Shown: positions 1 through 11,555, numbered from the whole stretch's first letter. The stretch is 61,799 nucleotides of DNA, filler included, from Choristocarpus tenellus KU-1152 (GCA_964200185.2; 15 parts of 15 records of this genome joined end to end with filler, not necessarily neighbours in it), one strand, 5' to 3'. The notes: generated by a model not told the origin, from the letters alone. Numbers and translations are program-made.

Positions 1-69
1 CAAAAATCGCGACATACAAAAATTGACCCCAAATGGACAGCCGCCACCCCCTCCCAGATACTTCGAGCC
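1..69 (+). mobile_element. MITE family A, 3' part, truncated by contig start
   Basis: CAAAAATCGCGACAT...CCCCAAATGGACAGCCGCCACCCCCTCCCAGATACTTCGAGCC matches the right half of the full copies at 2898-3078 and 53781-53954. It sits directly beside the RT YLDD-like motif of the LINE. Confidence 0.85.
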
Positions 70-2897
70 GGATGTGTTATCCAGATAACATCGGGAGGAG
101 ACCCCTGGGGTCCAAAGATAGACTGGTCCCGCTGTAGGGCTTTGGTAGTTGCCATGCTATATAGGATGGGGTCAAGGGGGTCCCATTGTTGTGCCCCTGA
201 CATTGGTGGCATTATCCTCATCCCTCCCTCCTCCAGGGGGAAAAGAAGATTACGGGTGTCCCCATATACGTTGGACACGTAAGGTAGGATTCCTGGAAGG
301 GTGTAAGGGAGAGCCTTGGTGAAGGCTGAGCAGCGTATGCTGTTGAAGTTGTTTCTTCCATCTAGACTAATGACCCATTCGCGACACTCATTCCTTAGGC
401 AGATGTCCAGTAGGGCACACTCCACCCCATTTTTTTTTTAACCAAACTGCCTCGTTCCTCCATAATGTTCCTCCAGGTAGGGGCGTCAGTCTGCTCAGAG
501 GACTGAAGCACATGCCCTTCTAAAGAAAGAGCCACAGGTGACTGGGCGGCACTTCTCTCCAATTGAAGACAGTCTGGAAGGAGTTTGGAGCTTCCAAAAC
601 TCAAGAGGTAAGGAGTCCGGAGAGGTGTAGGCTAGCTCCCAAAGCTTATCAAACGCCTCCGCCACTTCTTCATGGTCATAATCTGTCGTGATGGTCGATC
701 AGATACGACTGGGGCGCGTCCCATCGGGGCCTGGTGCAGAGTTGCCGTGTTTGCTCTCATGAAGGCCATCCGCAGGGAGGTGGGGGTGTACTCCTCCCCG
801 GGAGGGCAGTATCGTTGTTCCCCAGGCCCTGTATCCCTTTCCATGCTATCCTTTACTTCCATTATGGCCTGCCTAAGCTCATATGGATTCCTGTTCGGGT
901 GATTGGGAACCAGCACCCTGAACGTCTTCACTGTTCTGGGGTCTCTGGGCTGTGATAGGAGAACACTTTTCCCCTTGGAGATACCTCCATGGTGGTGACC
1001 AAGTGCTGCAGCTCGTTCCTGGCGGGATTTAGGGTAATCTCTGGGGGACTCCCGACGTCTGCTGGTCCTCTGATCGTTCAAATAGCCATGCCACCAACCC
1101 CTGCATGTTCCCCAATGCTACATGGGTGAACCTTCCTCCCTCGAGAACTTTCCAGTATGGCCACTAAATTGTCTGAGACCAGGTAGAGGAGCTTGGGCGC
1201 TGTGATATCTCCTACTGTCGGGATCCCCCCTCTAGCCCTAGGGCAGTTACTTCGTGCATTAGAAGATCCACTGTGTGCCTGAGGGTGATCACATGGGGGA
1301 TGCAAAGCCTGCCGGAGACATTCTTATCCGTGGTGATGTTTACCCGTTCCAAGGTCTCCATCTGGACTTGGTCAAGGGCAGAAGCAACACTTGGGGCATG
1401 ACTGCTCCATGGAAGACACGAATGTGGCTGTAGGAAACCCAGTTTTCCTGGGGGGGGAGGTTATAGTGGTGGGGGGGGCGGGGATGGAGGGCAGGGTGGG
1501 GTGGGTTGAGGTGGAGGGAGTGAAGGAAAGGACGGGAAGCTGTGATCCCCTTGTCGAGGGTAGGGTGGGGGGAGATGAAATGGAGAAAGGGGGAAAGGTG
1601 GGAGAGGGTTGCCAATAAGGTTGGCATTCCGGGTATGGACTGCTCACTTGCCAGCTTCAGTCACTCCAAGCGAGTATGTGTCTATGAGGTAGCCTTGATC
1701 GTTGGGGGTATGTTTGCCGTCCTTCAGGGGTGAATTCCCATTGGTATTGAACTTGGTCAAGTCCAGCATTATTCCTCCACACCCCTGAGAGGGTGCAACA
1801 AGGTTGGCATTACGGGTATGGACTGCCCACTTGCCAATTTCAGTCACTCCAAGCGAGTATGTGTCCAGGAGATGGTAGCCTTGATCGTTGGGGGTATGTT
1901 TGCCGCCCCTTCAGGGGTGAACTCCCATCGGGATTGAACTTGGTCAAGCCCAGCATTATTCCTCCAGGCCGCTGAGAGGGCTTGGTGGAGCACGAACACA
2001 TGGTCCCCCCATCCTTGTGGGCAGAAAAGAAATTAAGGCATTGGGTGGGAAGCCTACATTGTTAACAAAATAGGGGGGACAGAGCCAGGATGTGGAAGCC
2101 CCATTATTCCGGGTGATCCAGGCGGATGTTGTGTTGTATATAGCACGGGGGGTGGCGGGTGGTGAGGGGACCAGGATTCCGGGACAGTTGAGTCAGAGGA
2201 TGGGCCCAGGTCTGGCTCCAAATCTGGGTCAGGGATGCTGGAGGTGGGTTGGGGTGTGGGGGGAAGGGGTGCCCTGGGCTGTGAGGTGAAGTGGATATGG
2301 TGGTGTAAGTTCTGACCTGGAATATTGTGTGATGAGAAAAGGTAGATTTGGGCTGTGGTGTCATCATTTAAACGTGCTATAAGCTCGCTGGGGAGGGGGT
2401 GAGGTCTTTGCTTGGTGAGGGTGTTGTGGGTGTGGTTGCAGAGGGTGAGAATGGGTGAGCGAGTTCTGCAGTGGGGGCATGTCAAAGGGTGGTTTGCATC
2501 TTCACGGAGCTTGACCATGCAGGTGTAGTGGAGTGAGTAACCACGAGGGAGGGTGCCCCAATCGTCTGGAGAGAGCGACTCTAGGCAGCTTGGGCAGGGA
2601 GGGAATGAAGGGGAAGGGGCTTGGGGGTGAGGGTATGGGATGGAGGGAGTAGGCAAAAAGGTGGGATGATGAGAGGGGTAGAGGACGATTGTGTACGGAT
2701 GGATTTAAGAACGACTTCGGTTCCTACACTCCTCTTCATGGCAGCGTATTAGAATTCAGGGGTTGCCGAGGCGTGGCAGGTGAGGCACAGGATGGGGTGT
2801 TGTTGGGGCGGCCGTGGAGGTAAAGGGTCGAGACACAGCTTAGGTCGAGGGGTTGTGGACAGGTGAAGGGCAATACTGGCAATTGTATCTGGGAGAT
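70..2897 (-). mobile_element. Decayed non-LTR retrotransposon (CRE/RLE-type reverse transcriptase) with N-terminal RING-H2 finger
   Basis: Manual minus-strand translation gives SAPGPDG (about 720-740, RT domain 0), then SLDGRNNFNSI...LPYVSNVYG...SGAQQWDPL (about 175-375; degenerate D..NAFN and GVQQGDPL) and CYLDN (about 76-90). Upstream is a RING-like CPSC...LPRGYSLHYTC...CPHC (about 2465-2596). There are many stops and frameshifts. The ORF remnant may extend to about 3300 beyond the MITE. Confidence 0.75.
1617..1980. repeat. Tandem duplication of about 183 bp (2 copies) inside the LINE
   Basis: 1617-1793 and 1800-1980 both run AAGGTTGGCATT.CGGGTATGGACTGC...CAGCATTATTCCTCCA...CTGAGAGGG. Confidence 0.9.
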
Positions 2898-3078
2898 GAC
2901 CCAAAGTATCTGGGGGGGGGAGGGGGGGTCTACACCAGGGTGTCCATTTGGAGCAAAATCAGGAAAAGTGTATTTCCATTATCCATTGGACGTATGCAAC
3001 AAAACCACCCAAAAATCGCGACATGAAAAAATTGACCCCAAACGGACAGCCGCCACCCTCCCTCGGACACTTTAAGAC
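2898..3078 (+). mobile_element. MITE family A, full-length 181 bp, 4-bp TSD AGAT
   Basis: Terminal inverted repeat GACCCAAAGTATCTGG / degenerate CGGACACTTTAAGAC. Subterminal TGTCCATTTGG / CCAAACGGACA. AGAT at 2894-2897 and 3079-3082. Confidence 0.85.
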
Positions 3079-3305
3079 AGATGCAGATAAGAGAATATTC
3101 CAGTGTGAGGTGGCGTGGTTGCTGAAGTGGGGGTGGGTTAGCTTTTCCGGTGGGAGAGGTTGGTCGTTGGGTCCCAGTGATACCTCCTGTCGCCGACTCT
3201 CCTGTCTCCTCCTCATCCTGGTTGGGGGGGGGCGACCCGCTCTCCGCAAGGCCATTGCCATCCTGAAACTTGTCCATCTATTCTCACAACGATCCTGTGT
3301 CCTCT

Positions 3306-3386
3306 GACCCAATGTATCTGGGGGAGGGAGGGGGGGTCTACACCAGGGTGTCCATTTGGAGCAAAATCAGGAAAAGTGTATTTCCA
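3306..3386 (+). mobile_element. MITE family A, 5' part, truncated by contig end
   Basis: Near-identical to the first ~85 bp of the copy at 2898. Confidence 0.85.
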
Positions 3387-3486
3387 NNNNNNNNNNNNNN
3401 NNNNNNNNNNNNNNNNNNNNNNNNNNNNNNTTAATTAATTAANNNNNNNNNNNNNNNNNNNNNNNNNNNNNNNNNNNNNNNNNNNN
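3387..3486. other. Artificial contig-joining linker (first of 14)
   Basis: N44-TTAATTAATTAA-N44, with stops in all six frames. Repeated at 7678, 11867, 15230, 17900, 22292, 26384, 32848, 36049, 40073, 43004, 50447, 53681 and 56642, each 100 bp. Confidence 0.98.
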
Positions 3487-3799
3487 GGCAGCCCTCCATC
3501 GGGCTGCTGATACTCTCATGAGTACTGATCACCATCGCTGCGGCCCCCCTTTTGTGGCCTGTCCCAGCAGGAAACACAAGGCCGCAATTTCCGGTGAGCT
3601 GCACGGCCTTTATCAAAAACGTAAAAAAAATAAGAAGACCTAAAAAAAGGAGGGAGGGAAAGAGGGGAAGAACTTAAGGAATGTATAGCAAAGTAAGTGC
3701 AGCTATACGGGGATACCAGGGCTGACAGAACGAAAAGAAAAGAATAGGAAGCAAGGAAATAAACAACAAAAAAGAAAGAATGATGCTAATAATAAGATC

Positions 3800-4055
3800 G
3801 AGTGAAAGTATCTTAGAGGAATCGAATTTTGCCCTGTTTGTCCATTTGAGTGTTGGGTTCCGACGGGTTTTGACGACATATTACCTGCTCCAAAATGTTT
3901 CGAGGTAGGTAATATATATATGTTATGAAAGGAAGTGTCAGAACAAGGATATTGAGACTTCCTAATGAACATGATAGTCAAAATTACATCAAATCGTAAC
4001 ATTGGATTTTGGCCCCTGAATGGACGCGGCTCTACCCTCTAAGATATTTTGACTC
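3800..4055 (+). mobile_element. MITE family B (about 256 bp)
   Basis: TIR GAGTGAAAGTATCTTAGAGG...CCTCTAAGATATTTTGACTC, colinear with 55175-55433. The TSD is decayed (GATC/AAAC). Confidence 0.8.
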
Positions 4056-4289
4056 AAACCAAAGCAAAAGGGATAAATAAATATGAACAATACAAAAAAA
4101 AAGGTAAGAATGGAAAGAAACAAAAGCATCCTATATAAACTACTGCCTGGGCTGATACGGGTTACTTCCTGTTTCTGACTTCTCCTATCTTACGTTCTGT
4201 GGGGACTAGGACTGTCAATGATTCCTGTGTTCCTACATGAATCGGTTAGTCCTCACGTACCTCGCCTTCTGGATGCACTGGTGGATCAT

Positions 4290-7200
4290 TTTTGGGAGAA
4301 GCGACTCATTTCGCTTTTGTTCATTTCCTCCCAATCCCCATCATTAAACCGTACCCTCNNNNNNNNNNCCTCCAGTAAGGTGGCTTGAATTCAAAAACTG
4401 TACCTGTGTACCACTTATTCCTTCCCTTCTCGTCTTTCCATGACTTCTTGACAGTGTTACCTGTGGGGAAAAGGCATACTGCATCCTCTCTAGACAAGGG
4501 TTTTCCTTGGCAAGGGGTGCCAGTAGGACGTGGGCTCATGCCTGGATTATACAGGTCCCAGAGGGCATGGAAAACATCTAACTGGAGTGGGGTGAGGCTA
4601 TCCATAGCCTCTCTTTCTCGGTGACCCAGTCTGAATCTCTCCGTTCTGATACTTTCCCGGGTACTCCAAGTGCCATACATTGGATGGTGACAGTACTGCT
4701 TTCCTGTCAGTGAGGGTGTACATAGGGGTTGCTACCACAGATTGCTCTGCTAGACCTAGGTCCGACTCCCACATTAGTTGAGCATATTCCTCTTGGAAGC
4801 TATGTTCTCAGATGGATGGGTCTTCGTGGAAGGGTTTTACACAAGAAGCATGAACATTACGAGTGCGCGTTTGCCAACCTAGCAGTTCTACTGTCATGCT
4901 ACTACTCTTGTGTGAAATTTCCTTCACAGTCCACGGTCCTATCCACCTTTCATGGACTAGCTTCCTGCCTACTCTTGTCTCGCCTAATTTTTCCCCATAA
5001 ATAGAGCTGTCCGCTTCTTTAGCTAGAACTAGGTCACTTGGCTTGGATCTGAGTCCTGGGGAAGACCTAGCAATTAAAGTATTGGCTCTCTCTCTCTCTG
5101 TCTCCCTAGCGGATATCCTTCTCTCCAGGACTTCTCGTACCTCCCTGAAGTTCTGTCTTCGTTGCTCTATGAAGGAGTCCAATCCTCCAATATCTACGTC
5201 CCCATCCAACTTTGGTATGACGGCATCTAACTGTGTGCGGGGGTCACGGTCAAACAGGACTCGGAAGGGAGTGGGGTTGAGAGGGTCAGAGGGGTCTGGA
5301 GTTGTGCGTTATGCCCAACATGCCGGAGATAATACTCATCCCCCATCTATCTGGCCACTTCACACATAGTTCCAACAGGGTACTTCTAAAAGCAGGCCTC
5401 CCATCTTTTCTATTCCCCCTTGACCTCTCGAGTTACCCGTTAGTCCATAATTGATAGAGACCTTCAACCAACGGCAAAGGTGATTCATTATGTCTCCTGT
5501 GAACTCCCCTCCCGCATCACTACGAATTGGCAGAGGAATCCCAAATGTGAGGCATAATTGTAACCCGTTTGTTGCTACTTCAGTTGCTTCCTTCGACGTC
5601 ATTGGGAATGCAAAAGGGAATCTCGAAGCTCTATCAATCACAATTAATAATAGATACTTGTTGTCTTTTGCTGAGATGCGTCTTACATCTTGTAGATCCA
5701 TCTCGAGTACATCCCATAGTTCCAGGAACTTGGCTGGCAGCATCACCACTTGTGCGCTCTGAGTCTTTCGTCTGCTACAGCCACAGGATAAAACATAATC
5801 CTGCGTGTCTTTGTGGAGTGAGGGCCAAAAGAAGAATCGACGGGTTAGGGCTACTGATCGTCCAACTCCCTGGTGGCCAGTCTGCAGGTGAACTAATGCC
5901 ATGATATCTGACACTAGGAACGGGGAACTGCCAGCCTAGGTGCATACTCTCCAGGGGTGTACCAGAGTAACTCCTTATCATCTAGGGAATATGACTCTAC
6001 ATCTATACCCCCTTTTCCCCATTCGAGTGACGACTTCCAGTGCTCTTGGCCTTCGAGTACATCCCGTATGCTGCCTAATAAGGGGTCTTTCTTCTGCCTC
6101 TTCACTAGCTCTGGCACGTCTGATAGAGTAGCCATCGCTCTCTTGAGAGTGGGATGGTATTGAACCACCTCACTTATTCGGACTATTCTGTCACTGCCCT
6201 TCTTGTTCTTTGGCCTTGGTGTACTTGTGCTCCGTTTCTTGCGAGGTGGCTTCTCTTCTTCTGCTTTTCCTTTTACTTCTACCCTGTTTTTGACGATAGG
6301 GTCTAGACGTTGCCAACCAAAAGTGTTAGTGGCGTTAAGCGGGGGGAGGAGTTGCTGTGGGGTGTGTGTCGAGCCTACACTAGGTATTTCATCTGGGGCC
6401 ATCCAATCAGAGGGCGGGGGTATATACACTGGCAGACTTTGATCCTGGGGACTACTGAGTGGTAACCAGCCTCTAACGCCTATGCCTCGATTATCAGGTC
6501 CCCTGTGACAGTCTTGCAGGGCTGACAGCATTCCTGAGAGTGTGGCATCAGCTGTTTCCTTAAGTAACATTTGTGCTACACCCAGACTCGGTTCATCATG
6601 TGAGGGAGGGGTATACTCTAGTTCTGAATCTACCAACGCACAGAGAGAGCAAGGGGACAGTGTGGGGTGACCTGGGCTTAGGTCTGATATACCTAAATCT
6701 TGCAAACATACACCATCTAAGACAGGTCCTCGTGGTCCAGGGTAGTTCTTGCTACAAGCGACTGACGGATCGTCAGGAAAAGAATCGTCGATATCCAAAC
6801 CTTGATCTGTGGGTGAGAAAAGTCGTGACAGTCCGTCTGGTAGTTGGTGCTGCTTCGAACCTGCTCGCCACATAAGTTCCATGTCATGGTCCATAAGACG
6901 GAGGGCCCACCTGTGGAGCTTGGGGCTAAGTTCACAACTCTTGAAGAACCAAGTCAGTGCGGAGCAGTCAGTGACTAGGGTGAATCTCCTACCCCAAATG
7001 TAGGAGTGGAAGTGCTCTACAGCCTACAAGATAGCCATGCATTCCCTTTCAGTGGGTGCTCTCCTACTGTCTGATTTAGATCATCTATGGTTAGCATAAG
7101 CTATGACATGCTCTTGGTCATCATCCTGTACCTGGGTCAGAGTTGCTCCAGCCCCTTCCTCACTAGCACCAGTATGGAGGAGGAACGTCTTATCCCAGTC

Positions 7201-7677
7201 AGGAAGACTAGGATTGGTGGAGAGACCAGACGCACCTTAAGTTCTTCAAAGGCTTTCTGCTCCTCCGTTCCCCAAGGGATACTCTTCTTCCTGTCTCTTT
7301 TGGAAGTACACCCTTTATTCGGGAGGATGTTAGTCAGAGGTGCAGCTACTTGGCCATAGTTCGGTACAAACTGTCGCGTGTATCCTGTCATGCCTAGGAA
7401 ACTTCTTAACTTCTCAACTGTAGATGGGGGATCAAGGTTTGCTACTGCTATTATTTTTGATGGAGCAGGGCTCAAGTCACCTCTACCTACCTTCATTCCT
7501 ACAAATTCTTGTGAGGGCATGCACCGCGAGGATTTGGGAAAGTTCACAGACAGGTCGTATTGCTTGAGAATGGTAAGAAGGAGGCGAAGTTTGGTCATGT
7601 GTTCATCAAATGATGAGCTATAGCAAAAAAGATCGTCTAGCCAGTTTTCTACACCGTTTCCTTTGAGATCTCCTAAT
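4290..7677 (-). mobile_element. Decayed Ty3/Gypsy LTR-retrotransposon pol (RT-RNase H-integrase, chromo-like and Tudor-like C-terminus)
   Basis: RT with NWLDD (about 7634-7648) and LRSFLGMTGY..FVPNY..VAAPLT. RNase H remnant at about 6830-7170. Integrase zinc finger HLQTGH...SCGC and core MDLQD...IRSDAGGEF...E (5360-5914). C-terminal WIGPW region (4808-5209). The RT-RH-INT order defines Gypsy. Frameshifts and stops are present. Confidence 0.93.
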
Positions 7678-8412
7678 NNNNNNNNNNNNNNNNNNNNNNN
7701 NNNNNNNNNNNNNNNNNNNNNTTAATTAATTAANNNNNNNNNNNNNNNNNNNNNNNNNNNNNNNNNNNNNNNNNNNNCCCCCCCCCCCCCCCCCCCAACT
7801 TTTGTGCTTGGATGGATGTTCACGCCTTCCTTTCACCTTACTTCGTGTACAACGTGATCTGCACGGTAATAAATTAATCGAGTCGTTTAGGTACAAAGGT
7901 CTTGGCAGCATCAACTTCTTGAACACAGGTGTTAGTTTTTGATGTGCAGACTGTGGCGGTTCAAGGGAAAAGGATGTGAGCTCTCCTATTTAATGTGGGA
8001 TGTGTTGGGTGGGTGTTGTTGCCGTTGTTGTTATTGCGATGGTAGATTGAGTCTATTCACAACCAACATGAGGGCAGCAGAGTCTATCGTAATCACACTC
8101 TGCTACCAACCTTTACGTAACGCAATACCTCCTTACAAATGCCATTTGAGAATTACATTTTTTTTACGGCATGGGTTTGTTGGTGATGAGCTCTACTATT
8201 GACCTACTCTTCTCCTGCGTGGTGTCTCTTTCTTCAGGCGGGGTCTTGTGTCTCACCCAAAGGTAGCAGCACCTTGTCCGATCTAGCTCTAGTCTTGCGG
8301 TATGTTTCTATTCTCCTCTACCCCTCCCAACACCTCGGTGAACTTATTTCTGCTTCAATGTTCAAAATATCTGTGGGTGTTTGGAAACTGGCGGTGGTTG
8401 GTGGGAGTACAG

Positions 8413-9811
8413 CTACTTGTATGGGAGTGGCAGAGTGAGACATATGTCCTTAAGCAGCAGGGGCATGGTTATGGCCTCAACTGTGTTGACTTTGGCAACA
8501 CGGGTGCTATTTGTGCCACTGGGGGTGACGATCATAAGGTGGGTGGGTAGGTGCTGTCTCAGTTGGGTGGAGGGAGATCCTCTTTTTTTTGTGGAACAAC
8601 AAAGGTATGGTTAGGGTTAGGGGTTTTTTTTTCCCCCTACAGTCTGCTGATGAGCTTTGACTAAGTGACAAGAGGTTGGGGTTGGTTGTTGGCATTGAAA
8701 GGATTAGTAAGAAATGTTTGTTTCGCTGTTGGTATGATAGTTAGAGCTCAGGTATCTATCATGTGTTCAGGTGTTGGTAAGGCTGTAGAGGGCTTCTAGG
8801 AAGGTGCTGTGTTGTATAGAGTGCTGTTTTCAAATGTGTGTTCTGCCACATTAAGGCATTGCTTCAAGGAGCATAAAGGGTCATTGCCACAAGAGTGTGA
8901 TTTGATGCGTCCTTCAGGACCTTGGGCAATGTGTCGGCTCACCTGGGTTTTTTTCAGGTAGGGGTATCTTCTATTTTTGTTCGTGGTTAGACCCTGGTTA
9001 AAGTACAGTGATCCAACGGAACAAAAGTTGTGGATAAAAGGAAAAAGTTGGATCCTTCCTAGTAGCACGCCTTCCTTCCTCCTAGACACAAAAAAGAAAA
9101 AAAAGGTTAGAGTCGCTCTGTCCATTTGTACTGGCACTGCCTGCTGCTGCTGCTGCTTCTGCTGCTGTCAGAAAAGAAGTAAGTTCAGTGAAGGTGAAAT
9201 AAAGTCCTTTCTATGGCAAATAGTACGTTAACCAACTGTAGTTCTATTGCTATTAATACTGTACTGCCACTGAGCTATCGGTTATGTTGGAGTATATTGT
9301 ACTGTTACGTTTAAATGTTCTTTTTTCTTGCCCGGAGGTTAAACTTTGTTGGAGTATATTGTACTGCTATTTTTAAATGTTCTTTTTTTGTCGCCCGGAG
9401 GTTAAACTTTGTTGGAGTATATTGTACTGTTACGTTTAAATGTTCTTTTTTCTTGCCCGGAGGTTAAACTTTGTTGGAGTATATTGTACTGTTACGTTTA
9501 AATGTTCTTTTTTTTGTCGCCCGGAGGTTAAACTTTGTTGGAGTATATTGTACTGTTACGTTTAAATGTTCTTTTTTTTTCGCCCGAAGGTTAAGCTTTG
9601 GTCGACTACATCAGGCTTCTGTTTTGTAACTTTTACTGAGCATGAGGGTCCTGTCACGGCGGTGCGCTTTACATCCAATGGGTCTGCAGTGCTATCTTCC
9701 TCTCTCGATGGCACTGTCCGGGCTCACGACCTCGTACGGTGAGCGATAAGGCAACCTGGAATGCCTGGGGGGGGGGGGGGGGGGGGGGGTGGGTTTTTGT
9801 TGTGTGGTTGA

Positions 9812-9844
<33 letters not shown>

Positions 9845-11555
9845 GTTGTTTTGATGAGGGGGATTGGGTTTTTTCTAGTTGTGTAGCATGATATGGAGTA
9901 AGGGTTGTGGGTGTTGGTTGTATATTGTGACAAGGCAGAAGAATAATTTTGTTTCTTTTGTTGTAGATATATATATTTTTTGAAAGGGATATTTGCAGGC
10001 TTTGGGGTGGACTAATTTATACCTGCTGTTGGTGTGATGTATATTGTAGAAAGGTGTAGGAAGCATCTTGTAGTGAGTGAACTCTGCTTAAGGGGTGAGA
10101 ATGTGTGTGTTTTGTTTTGTTTTGTTTTTGCTGCTTTTGAAGAATTTCTACGCAGGATCTGAGAATTTTGTTGGTGGGAAAGGTGTTCCTCCTCACTTTG
10201 GAGTGTACTCAGAGCTTTTTATTTGTGGCCCTTGTGCTGATCAACCAATACGCATTCAATGGTACATTTTCTTTAAGATGGGATGGCATGATATCGTTTC
10301 TGTTGGTCTCGGGGTGTTTTTTATATCCCTGTACTTGAGTTGTCGTGGAACTGCTAGACTCTGATCATTGAATTGTTTGGGTTTTTGTCCATGAGTGTGT
10401 ACTGTGAATAGGGTCTTTCCCAGCTCGTTTGGGACCATTCCTGAAAGACGTTATTGTCATTTATCTTGCATTGTACTGTACTCCAGTTGACTTTACTGCA
10501 CTATAAAGTTGAAACCTTAGAATTAAGGTTGTTCTCACTGGCACAATAAGGACATGGCATGCAATGACCAAAACCATTTTAAAGAAAAACTCATGCGCTT
10601 ACTGTACCTGACAATGGAGAATGCTATTTATTTATTTTTCCCTTGCGCCTCTGTACATACATTGTCATTTAAAAGTATGAGAATTTCCCCTGCACCTCTG
10701 TACATACATTGTCATTTAAAGGTACAAGAATTTCCGAACGCTGGTGACACCTCAACCAACACAGCTTACGTCACTGGCGCTGGACCCATCTGGAGAGTTG
10801 GTGGTGGCTGGGGCCATGGATCCGTTTGAGGTGAGGGTGGGGGGAGCGGGCCGGGGTGTGGGAATGTAAATACAATGGATGCTAGGGATTTCACTCCCTG
10901 CCAAAGGAGAACAAGTGTGGAACAGGAAGGCCTCTCCTGATCCTCTCAATGTGGAAAAGAATCGTATCTCCGGCTAGTGAGGTTGTAGGGTTGGTGCGAT
11001 GGTCAACAATTGGTTCTGCACGGTATCAACATAAGCAACGCGGGGGGGCTTGTTTTGGATGACTCTTCTTCTCGTAGTGGACTGTTTTTTTGTGTGTGTG
11101 AACAATCAGTGCAATGGTAACTCTGGATGGGGGGAGGGCGGGTGGGGGTTTGTCTTGTCATCCAGCTCTGGATGGGGCAAATTAGTGTTAACTTTTTAAA
11201 TCGTGTGGCTTGTCTCTGTCGAAGATATTGCTATACTTTATGTGCAGTTTTCCTTGTTGATCGGCATGTCTGTATGTATGTCAACAGCTCCTCATCTCGT
11301 GAGATTTTTGCGTCTCTTTGTTGTGCCTTTTCATTGCCGTTGCTTAAATTGCTGTTTTGGTGTTGTCTCTCAATTTAAATTGGAGTATAGGTGTATGTGT
11401 GGTCCTTACAGACAGGTCGATTGCTGGATGTGCTGGCAGGCCACGAGGCACCTCTATCTGAGCTGTCCTTCAGCCCCAACCAGGGAGTGCTGGCCACTGC
11501 TAGCTGGGATGGAACAGTGAAGCTATGGGATGTCTATAAGAGTGAATGTGTGGAG
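8413..11555 (+). CDS. PWP2: Periodic tryptophan protein 2 (WD40, SSU processome), internal exons, partial
   Basis: Phase-compatible GT-AG exons 8413-8538, 9590-9738, 10722-10830 and 11391-11555 give LLVWEWQSETYVLKQQGH...GGDDHKVKLWSTTSGFCFVTFTEH...SSLDGTVRAHDLVRYKNFRT...VYVWSLQTGRLLDVLAGHEAP...ASWDGTVKLWD, which are signature PWP2/UTP1 motifs. Confidence 0.95.
9286..9600 (+). repeat. 5 x 62-64 bp tandem repeat spanning the PWP2 3' splice site
   Basis: Units start at 9286, 9348, 9411, 9473 and 9537. Consensus GTTGGAGTATATTGTACTGTTACGTTTAAATGTTCT(n)...GCCCGGAG|GTTAAACTTT. The last unit contains the real acceptor (AG at 9588-9589). Confidence 0.95.

Noticed and set aside
9286-9600. Possible CRISPR array
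   Set aside because: Units are head-to-tail with no unique spacers, lie in a spliceosomal intron, and no cas genes are present.
9766-9843. Long poly-G runs (also about 11762, 15549, 17856) as G-quadruplex elements
   Set aside because: Homopolymer runs near contig ends are unreliable in short-read assemblies, and there is no independent support for function.
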